A DNA stretch of 7,556 bases, from positions 46,479 through 54,034 of the forward strand of contig CAJNON010000484.1 in the NCBI GenBank assembly GCA_905250065.1. The letters are read 5' to 3'. The notes under the pieces are model-generated. The model saw only the letters and a program-made list of their open reading frames with translations. It was not told the DNA's origin and searched no databases. The first letter of the stretch is position 1, and every line of letters begins with the position of its first letter. Below, one piece after another: positions 1-6,540 of this stretch. Both the position numbers and the translations under genes were made by a program. Origin of the DNA: Adineta steineri. Lineage: Eukaryota.

Positions 1-31
1 CCCCTGACGGGGGGCGGAGAGAGGCAACGCC

Positions 32-32
<1 letters not shown>

Positions 33-81
<49 letters not shown>
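33..81. repeat. 49-nt poly-C homopolymer
   Basis: Uninterrupted C from 33 to 81, flanked on the right by CACACCCACATCCCTCCACACCCACACCCTG. Could be genuine or an assembly artefact. Confidence 0.95.
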
Positions 82-112
82 ACACCCACATCCCTCCACA
101 CCCACACCCTGT
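82..112. repeat. C-rich half of a telomere-like GT/CA palindrome (no clear partner arm)
   Basis: ACACCCACATCCCTCCACACCCACACCCTG; its reverse complement CAGGGTGTGGGTGTGGAGGGATGTGGGTGT matches the G-rich arms of the other copies in the window. Confidence 0.6.
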
Positions 113-578
113 TTCCTATGAGATCTTTTCAATGCTGCAATTTCCCATGGATCTGCGATAACGTCAGAAAACCTAGCACACATTTTGTAGTCGAAAAGTA
201 TCAGTTCTCATAAAATAATATGATCTAGCAACCAGTCGAAGTCAAACTTGCTTTTACCGTTGCGAGCTGTCTACTGAATACTTGAGCGTAACATACGTAT
301 TTGGACCTGAAAAGCTAAATGTACCGTACTTATTCATTCTTGATAACCTAATAGGTACTTCTAAGGATAATGTGAACAACTTAAATGCACCAATGGCAAA
401 TAGACCAGAAAAGGTACTACTGATATCCATGATCCATCTAAAAAAACGTACTATTAGTGCCTCTAATTAGCTTCTGAAAGGTTATCCTTGGTATCCAGAA
501 TAGTTCACAAAAAGCTACCTTTGGTATACCCATAATAGTGTTTATACAATTATCCATGATCTTTATGTTCAGGTTAGA

Positions 579-636
579 TGTGTGGGTGTACGTCTGAATA
601 TAAGTGGAAGATAATATTCACCCTCACATTCACATC
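579..636. repeat. Short GT-rich inverted repeat, copy 2
   Basis: Left arm GATGTGTGGGTGTACG (579-594); right arm CACCCTCACATTCACATC (619-636), reverse complement GATGTGAATGTGAGGGTG. Imperfect stem with about 24 nt centre. Confidence 0.5.
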
Positions 637-1080
637 CTCGAATGATAGATTTTTTTTCTATTTGTTCTCTATTTAAAAATCAAATTGTCGGTGTTGCACA
701 TGTCGCTTTTATCTTTTTTTTATTAGACAGAAAAAAGGTTTTTGTTTGATAAGGAGAGAAGTTTATATATTGCTATACTCTTTTATTGTCTTTTAGAGCA
801 AAAAAAGGCAAGTAAGAGAAGTATCATATAAAATACAAAGTGCGTTTTGTTTTTGTCATGATAAATAATGTTGAAAAAATTAGAGATTCGTAATAACGTG
901 CAAAAAAATAAGAATTTTTTATGAAAATGTGAGTTATAAAAACAAGAATTAGGAATAGCTTAGAATGAAGTTACTTTTGTTATTCGTAAATGAACAAACA
1001 TCCTATTTTGCGATGCCTGAATATTTAAGAATCAGTTCTACTCCAGAATCGTTTCCACAATGTTCAATCAAACGGAATAG

Positions 1081-1179
1081 GATGGGTGGGTGTGGGTGTG
1101 AGTGTGGGGTGTGGATGTTAGACAAGAACAAGGCTCATACCAACTCCCACACGCCCACACATACACCCACACCTTCATC
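1081..1179. repeat. Long GT-rich inverted repeat, copy 3
   Basis: Left arm GATGGGTGGGTGTGGGTGTGAGTGTGGGGTGTGGATGTT (1081-1119); right arm CAACTCCCACACGCCCACACATACACCCACACCTTCATC (1141-1179), reverse complement GATGAAGGTGTGGGTGTATGTGTGGGCGTGTGGGAGTTG. Confidence 0.8.
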
Positions 1180-1372
1180 TGTATCCCAACTCCGAGAACT
1201 ATCGATGGAAATATGCTTTTTAATTCTTGTCTACTGTTCTTTGTCCTGAAGTCTGATTGATTGAACGGACAAATACACATAGATACGGTGATACTACACT
1301 CTCACTGTCACTCGTAAGATAAAGATACTGAGACACTTTAAAAAAAGATTCAATCCTGTCAATGAACTCTGA

Positions 1373-1378
1373 TTTATT
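1373..1378 (-). promoter_or_regulatory. Candidate polyadenylation signal AATAAA for the RING/TRAF gene
   Basis: TTTATT on the + strand (AATAAA on the - strand), about 85 nt downstream of the minus-strand stop near 1462. Confidence 0.35.
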
Positions 1379-1461
1379 TTAGTTAAAAATCACAAATAGA
1401 TAAAAAAGAAAAAAAATGAAATATCTCTTAAATATATCAATGCGACGATCATAAGCCAGAT

Positions 1462-2682
1462 TCATTCTAAATGATTACTAAAATAACGCATATAAAATGT
1501 TAAGAATATAATTGTTGATGCTAAACAACTCGTCGATATATAAGTAGGTATGTATAAAAAGTAGAAACGTATTAATAATAAAGAAAGTTTAAGAACACAA
1601 AGAAAAACTAAATTGGTTGCTAACATCAATAAACGACTTTGATTGACTTGGAAGTATTCTATTGGCATTTCTTGACGTATTGAACCTACTAATAATAAAG
1701 CAAAGAAAATAAACATAATTATCCATATATCATTAACATATGTAAGTAGAATCGCAAAAGCGAAACTAAATAATCCAACAAATAAAATCATAAAAATTAA
1801 TGATCGATAAAAAAACATTTCAATTTGATTGCGTAGGAGTGAAAAAAGAATAATGGGATATGGTATAATAGTCCCAATAGCAAAAAAGAGAAGGCAACAG
1901 ATGATTTGACTAGCGCGTGATTTATTCAATAGAATCAATTGAAATATAGTCCAAATTCGAATCCAATAATTTTTGTGACGAGCTCGTTTAGCCACATTGA
2001 ATCCAGCAAGACGAATTTTTCGTTGACTAAGCACGAATCGTCGTACTCGATTATTTAATCCAGTGAACATATTTTTATTTTCTTGCTGTACTGGCACAGT
2101 ACCTGGACGTTTAGGAATATCCCATGATGATACCTTTTGATCAAGCAAGACATGTAATCTTCCCAAAATACATTTCTTTGCATGCTCTTCCAATGATTCT
2201 CGATTTACAAGGCATTTACATACATGACATGTAAGAGTAGTTAATTTACAAGATTTTTGATGTCGATCAAATTCATTTATTTTAATATATTTTCCACAGA
2301 TAAAACATTGCTTCGTTCGAAATTGACATTCGTCAGTTTCATGTTTTTCTAATAAGTCATACGATAAGATTTTTGTACAACCTAATGAACTATTACGACA
2401 TCGAATGGTCAAACGACTTAAAAGAGAACAAATAGATGGTGGAACACGTTTTTCTTCATAAGGAGAACAACGAAGCGGACATGAAGTTGAATTGATGGTA
2501 AGCCATGTTCGAATACATTTGTTACAAAATAAGTGTTGACAAGTAGCACATGATCTTGCTTTCCAAAGAAGATTTTTGCAAATTAAACAGAAAAGCTCAT
2601 CTGCTACGCGAAGTTTATCCGTAACAATACGATCTGTATCGATACCACCTTCTTCAAAACATATATCATTTGTGTCTAACAT
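1462..2682 (-). CDS. RING-finger + TRAF-type zinc-finger protein with multi-pass hydrophobic C-terminus (putative membrane E3 ubiquitin ligase)
   Basis: 406-aa ORF. C3HC4 RING pattern CLIC-x12-CQHLFCNKC-x11-CPLRC (about 2467-2589), followed by Cys/His-rich TRAF-like segments (CRNSSLGCTKILSYDLLEKHETDEC, CFICGKYIKINEFDRHQKSC, CHVCKCLVNRESLEEHAKKC). The C-terminus has about five hydrophobic stretches. Confidence 0.88.
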   Translation of the reverse strand: MLDTNDICFEEGGIDTDRIVTDKLRVADELFCLICKNLLWKARSCATCQHLFCNKCIRTWLTINSTSCPLRCSPYEEKRVPPSICSLLSRLTIRCRNSSLGCTKILSYDLLEKHETDECQFRTKQCFICGKYIKINEFDRHQKSCKLTTLTCHVCKCLVNRESLEEHAKKCILGRLHVLLDQKVSSWDIPKRPGTVPVQQENKNMFTGLNNRVRRFVLSQRKIRLAGFNVAKRARHKNYWIRIWTIFQLILLNKSRASQIICCLLFFAIGTIIPYPIILFSLLRNQIEMFFYRSLIFMILFVGLFSFAFAILLTYVNDIWIIMFIFFALLLVGSIRQEMPIEYFQVNQSRLLMLATNLVFLCVLKLSLLLIRFYFLYIPTYISTSCLASTIIFLTFYMRYFSNHLE

Positions 2683-2870
2683 TTTGTCTTCGTGTATTAT
2701 CTAAATAAAATAAAAAACAATAACAATTCTTCGCGTTACTTATACGTTGCTCTGTCTTTCGGTGAAAGAGAAACAAACGGCAAGAATCATTAGTGATTCA
2801 CTTATAAGCCATGAATAAGAAAAACAATATATTCTGTTTTATTTATCTTAGAAAATAATACCAAAAATCT

Positions 2871-2913
2871 TGAGGGTGTGGGTGTAAGTAAAGAAATGAT
2901 ACTTATACCCACC
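2871..2913. repeat. GT-rich inverted repeat, copy 4
   Basis: TGAGGGTGTGGGTGTAAGTA (2871-2890) / TACTTATACCCACC (2900-2913), reverse complement GGTGGGTATAAGTA; 9-nt loop. Confidence 0.75.
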
Positions 2914-2928
2914 TTTCTCTGTCATTGT

Positions 2929-2995
2929 GAGGGTGTGGGTGTAGTATGGGTGTTCTCATAATCATATCTATACCCACACTTACACCTACACCCTC
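2929..2995. repeat. GT-rich inverted repeat, copy 5, nearly loop-less
   Basis: Left GAGGGTGTGGGTGTAGTATGGGTGTTCTCATAAT; reverse complement of right half GAGGGTGTAGGTGTAAGTGTGGGTATAGATATGAT. The extra C-rich motif CCCACACCCACTC at 3001-3013 can pair with the outer arm at 2872. Confidence 0.85.
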
Positions 2996-3473
2996 CTATT
3001 CCCACACCCACTCAAACTTAAAGAAAAGTCCTAAGTAAGAATCAGTTTAGAACAATTAACTCTAAATATTAGCATAGTTAATAAACAAATGAAAGATTAT
3101 CTTTGCACCTTCGTATTAGCATGATATCCTCAGTGTATGTCTTATCACAACTTGTATGTAACTGGTATACTGCTGAATCAACAACATTTTTTCCCATTCT
3201 CTTTCGATGTATATTCGTTCGTTCTTTATCTTAAATATCAAAATTACCAACAACGAAAAAAGCAGCATGATTAATACTTTTTTCAAGCTTGTTTTTTAAA
3301 TATGTGTTGACTTTTTCTTCACTTACGCAAAATAACTGCTAGGTTTATTGAAATATTTCTATAACAAATTCAATCGGCATCGTTGTGAGTTTTTAAAATG
3401 TTGAAAACTCTTTACACAAAAAACGTGTCGATGTTCTCTCGAATAATCTTATTTTTTCTCACAAAGAGATCTC

Positions 3474-3570
3474 GAGGGTGGGTGTGAGAGTGTATATGAG
3501 TGTGGGCGCGGATGTTGTAATCTTCTGCTGCCGACCCACACGAACACCCACACAACATTGTCACACCCTG
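3474..3570. repeat. GT-rich inverted repeat, copy 6
   Basis: Left arm GAGGGTGGGTGTGAGAGTGTATATGAGTGTGGGCGCGG; right arm 3531-3570, reverse complement CAGGGTGTGACAATGTTGTGTGGGTGTTCGTGTGGGTCGG. Confidence 0.75.
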
Positions 3571-3769
3571 CCTGCATCAAGAGAACCTACATTTTGCACA
3601 ATGGGAGTCTTCGAGTGTTTGAGATAAACATCAGTTCTCTCCCTCCTTTCCTTTCATCAAATATCGTGACTCGTAAATCATTCTTTATCAGTGAATGCGC
3701 AAGAAGGCAAATATTTTTTAACTTACAGACTGTAGTAAAATAGTTACTCACAACAAAGAGCAAAAAGAA

Positions 3770-6024
3770 ATGGCTTCGATCAACGTGGAAAATGCACCAG
3801 CATCGAGCAGTTATGTACTTTATTGGCTTGATCAAAAGGCGAAAGATGACTTCCACTTACAGACTCAACTCAATCAAATCGTTAACAATAACCTAACCGT
3901 TTTCGAAAGTCCCATCGACTGCAGTTAAAGTATTCGGTCCTTAGCAAACAAAGAAAGAGTGGTTCTTATTGTCTCCGGTCGTTTCAGTAAAGAATTAGTT
4001 GCTGTAGTTTACGATCTTCCACAAGTTCTCGCCATATACGTGTACTGCTTGAACAGAGACGTTCATCTCGAGTGGGCGATGGGTTACAGAAAGGCAAGTT
4101 TTTATATTTCTTTTGAGATCTGAAATATTAGGAGTTCAGATCAAAAACATCGGGGGTGGGTGTGAGTGTCTCTTCTTCATTCACACCCACACCCTCAGAC
4201 CTCGTAAAAAGAGCAGAAAAAAGATTCATTCTTTGAGCGCGCAATGAAAATGATCATCTTTTCTTGAAGGTTAGAGTAGTGCTGGCACATTCTGACGATT
4301 TGATATACCACTTACAGAAAGACGCTCGCTATCGAGAGTCTCTGTCTCCAATTACCGTCTTCCAGCAATCACACAAAAATGTGCGTACAGAAAATGCACA
4401 GTTTATCTGGCAACAACTCTTCATCGAAATTCTCTTGCGCCTGAAGTCAAAAGAATCAAACTCGAACGAGCAATTAATTGAGTACTTGAAGAGAGCAAAT
4501 CCAACGGAGCCGAGCATCATTGAAGAGTTTCAGCGAGATTATAAGCCAGAAGACAGTCTTCGATGGTATACAAAAAACAGTTGTCTCTACAAGCGTCTGA
4601 ATGAAGCTTGTCGATTGAATGACTTCAACACACTCGTTTTGTATCGATACTTTATTAAAAGTAAATTAGCATACAGTTTGGAGAACTCAGTGAACTAATT
4701 TACATCTTTTATAAGCCTATATAAGCAACTTAAATACCGCTACGATCAACAGAAGGTATCACTGTCCGGTATGACTCTGTATCGTGGTCAGCAGATGTCG
4801 TCCGAAGAACTCATCCAGCTACAGAAGTCAGTGGGACAGTTCATTTCCTTTAATTCCTTCCTCTCGACAAGTAAGGACCCGGAAGTTGCCGATATCTATG
4901 CTGAAGGTGGTGTTCTTTTTAAAATTTTAATTGGTGCATCCGACCAGGAATCAAATACTTCAGCTGATATTTCTTGGTGGAATAAACCTCTTTTTCAACG
5001 TTTCACTGAAAAGCCTACATCGAAACCGTATGCATCGATTTCTGACTGCAGCCACTTTAATGCTGAAGAGGAAATTCTCTTTATGCCGGGAATGATCTTC
5101 TATCTGGATAGAATGGAACCACCAAATGCAACGACAAAACCCTTCTGGACTGCTCACCTTAAGTTGGCTGACGAGAATGATCATAAGCTGACAGAACTAT
5201 ATCATTATCGAATTGTCGAATTAAGTGAGCAAACTACAATAGCTGATGATCTCAATCCATTACTGAATGAAATGAGCTATTTGAAAACCGGCTTAGTAGA
5301 TGAGGATGACGATGAAATAGAGAGGAGTCACAGTGGCCCACCAATTTTGCTTCTAAAAGGTGTCCTCAGCGTCTTTTTGAATACGAAGATGCAAATCAGC
5401 TTAGGAAAGGCTCGAACTGCAGAAGGTGATTACCAAGCAGCAATTGATAGGTTCACAAAAGCTCTAGAAGGAACAACAAATGTGCACTGCATCGCAGAGA
5501 TAGAGAGCAACCTCGCTCTTGTTTACGAAAAGATGAAAGACTATTCAAGGGCGCTGTCTCATTGCAGAAAAGCAGAACAGCATTCACAGTCAGCTGATAA
5601 TTACACAATAATGGTTCGATTGTATATGAAACTGAAAGATTATGCGACTGCGTTAAATGTTGCTGAAACAAAGGTGCTGCCGCAAGAGAAAGACTCTGTA
5701 AAAACTGCTCGACTCTATCGACTTATGGGAAAAATTTATGAAGCAATGAAACAATTTGACTTTGCACTGGAACACTACAAGAAATCGTTTCGACTGTTCG
5801 AAAAAGTTTATCCTTTTGATCGAGTTAACGACGTCTTTCATCATAAGAGCGGGGGCGGCAGTGAAATGAAGGATATTAGTCGCCATCTGCTCAGATTGAT
5901 CGACAGGACGAAGAAGAGTGAAGAGTATGCTGTATTGGACAATTATTTTATGAAATTCAATGATGAGCGAGAAGAAGCCAGCAGACTGTTTTCATCTACT
6001 ATGTTCCATAGAGATGGGTACTAG
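3770..6024 (+). CDS. Bdelloid-type mono-ADP-ribosyltransferase with C-terminal TPRs; reading frame disrupted (possible pseudogene or assembly errors)
   Basis: Likely exons 3770-4093, 4270-4660 and 4716-6024. Exon 1: MASINVENAPASSSYVLYWLDQKAKDDFHLQTQLNQIVNNNLTVFESPIDCS*SIRSLANKERVVLIVSGRFSKELVAVVYDLPQVLAIYVYCLNRDVHLEWAMGYRK. Exon 2: VRVVLAHSDDLIYHLQKD...WYTKNSCLYKRLNEACRLNDFNTLVLYRYFIK. Then the ART catalytic region and TPRs. In-frame TAA at 3926-3928 and a frame problem around 4657-4716. Confidence 0.75.
4094..4269 (+). other. Predicted 176-nt GC-AG intron of the ART gene containing a GT-rich palindrome
   Basis: AGAAAG|GCAAGT...TTCTTGAAG|GTTAGA. Splicing keeps phase 0 and gives the continuous protein GYRK-VRVVLAHSDD. 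Confidence 0.75.
4152..4196. repeat. GT-rich inverted repeat, copy 7, inside the ART intron
   Basis: GGGGGTGGGTGTGAGTG (4152-4168) / CATTCACACCCACACCCTC (4178-4196), reverse complement GAGGGTGTGGGTGTGAATG; about 10-nt loop. Confidence 0.85.
4661..4715 (+). other. Candidate 55-nt GT-AG intron in the ART gene, one nucleotide out of frame
   Basis: AAAA|GTAAAT...GAACTAATTTACATCTTTTATAAG|CC, with a CTAAT branchpoint-like motif. Removes the TAA at 4696-4698 but needs one extra nucleotide to keep frame. Confidence 0.5.
4771..6024 (+). CDS. Intact ORF covering the ART catalytic core and the TPR region of the ART gene
   Basis: R-S-E triad candidates: LYRGQ (R codon 4783-4785), NSFLSTS (STS at 4864-4872), AEEEILF (final E codon 5071-5073). 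TPR-like segments: ARTAEGDYQAAIDRFTKALEG, AEIESNLALVYEKMKDYSRALSHCRKAEQ, ARLYRLMGKIYEAMKQFDFALEHYKKSFRLFEKVYP. Confidence 0.88.
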   Translation: MTLYRGQQMSSEELIQLQKSVGQFISFNSFLSTSKDPEVADIYAEGGVLFKILIGASDQESNTSADISWWNKPLFQRFTEKPTSKPYASISDCSHFNAEEEILFMPGMIFYLDRMEPPNATTKPFWTAHLKLADENDHKLTELYHYRIVELSEQTTIADDLNPLLNEMSYLKTGLVDEDDDEIERSHSGPPILLLKGVLSVFLNTKMQISLGKARTAEGDYQAAIDRFTKALEGTTNVHCIAEIESNLALVYEKMKDYSRALSHCRKAEQHSQSADNYTIMVRLYMKLKDYATALNVAETKVLPQEKDSVKTARLYRLMGKIYEAMKQFDFALEHYKKSFRLFEKVYPFDRVNDVFHHKSGGGSEMKDISRHLLRLIDRTKKSEEYAVLDNYFMKFNDEREEASRLFSSTMFHRDGY

Positions 6025-6050
6025 TTTTTTCTATCCAAACTAAAAGTTAG

Positions 6051-6092
6051 CGGGGGTGTGGATGTGGATAAGGAGAACACTCATCTATCCTT
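6051..6092. repeat. Degenerate GT-rich palindrome, copy 8, 27 nt past the ART stop
   Basis: CGGGGGTGTGGATGTGGATAAGG followed by ACTCATCTATCCTT. The left terminus resembles the CGGGGGTG start of the intronic copy; the stem is weak. Confidence 0.45.
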
Positions 6093-6490
6093 TTAATAGT
6101 TTATGTTGATCGGTTGACGATATATCGACTTTAATTAGAAAATTCATTGTTATACTGAATACCGTGTATTCCGATTAAGACAATCTGATAATACAATGTT
6201 GTGCTATTAGACTAATATAATTTTGAAGGCAAAGTATTATTTCGTTCTATTTTCTTATAACAAGTTAAATCTTAGAGCATATGACTTTGAGAGTATGGAT
6301 GTATATACGTGTGAATTTGCTATAGAATGTGGCTGCATCATTTTGCATTACAATTGTTATTTTCTGTCATAAAATACCATAGGATGAATAACAACATTTT
6401 CATTCTTTTCTGCTTCTTCCGTTCTTCACCTTGTTACTAGCTTGCACGAAAGAAAAAGCCAACACGATACGCAGTTATTTTTCGTTTGAG

Positions 6491-6498
6491 TATAAAAG
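6491..6498 (+). promoter_or_regulatory. Candidate TATA box for the F-box-like gene
   Basis: TATAAAAG located 50 nt upstream of the ATG at 6541. Confidence 0.5.
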
Positions 6499-6540
6499 CA
6501 AACGAAGAGATACTTTTTACAAGCATAGCTTTTGAAAACT

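Noticed and set aside
33-112. True chromosome-end telomere array
   Set aside because: The C-rich sequence has the right strand for a left chromosome end, but there is no tandem regular repeat, GC-rich non-telomeric sequence precedes it, and similar motifs recur inside the window as palindromes.
282-470. 62-aa plus-strand ORF
   Set aside because: Short, in AT-rich DNA, with no recognisable motif.
965-1249. 94-aa plus-strand ORF
   Set aside because: Its C-terminal half (NKAHTNSHTPTHTPTP) is translation through the GT/CA palindrome; no recognisable domain.
1068-1280. 70-aa minus-strand ORF
   Set aside because: Mostly low-complexity translation of the same palindrome (THTHTHTH, VWVYVWAC); no coding evidence.
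579-3570. CRISPR array
   Set aside because: The repeats are degenerate, irregularly spaced palindromes of variable length in an intron-containing eukaryotic context.
3558-3856. Short ORFs on both strands (3558-3743 +, 3587-3856 -) around the ART start
   Set aside because: They overlap the ART 5' flank and palindrome and each other, with no domain signature.
4641-4715. Alternative in-frame 75-nt intron using GTATCG as donor
   Set aside because: It preserves frame but deletes YRYFI, which looks like conserved ART-family sequence; the GTAAAT donor at 4661 fits better despite the 1-nt frame problem.
4329-5886. Minus-strand ORFs at 4329-4520, 4960-5184, 5453-5671 and 5653-5886
   Set aside because: All are antisense to well-supported ART/TPR coding sequence and look like shadow ORFs.
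6291-6335. GT-containing stretch GAGTATGGATGTATATACGTGTGAATTTGC as another palindrome copy
   Set aside because: No GGGTG core and no convincing complementary C-rich arm.
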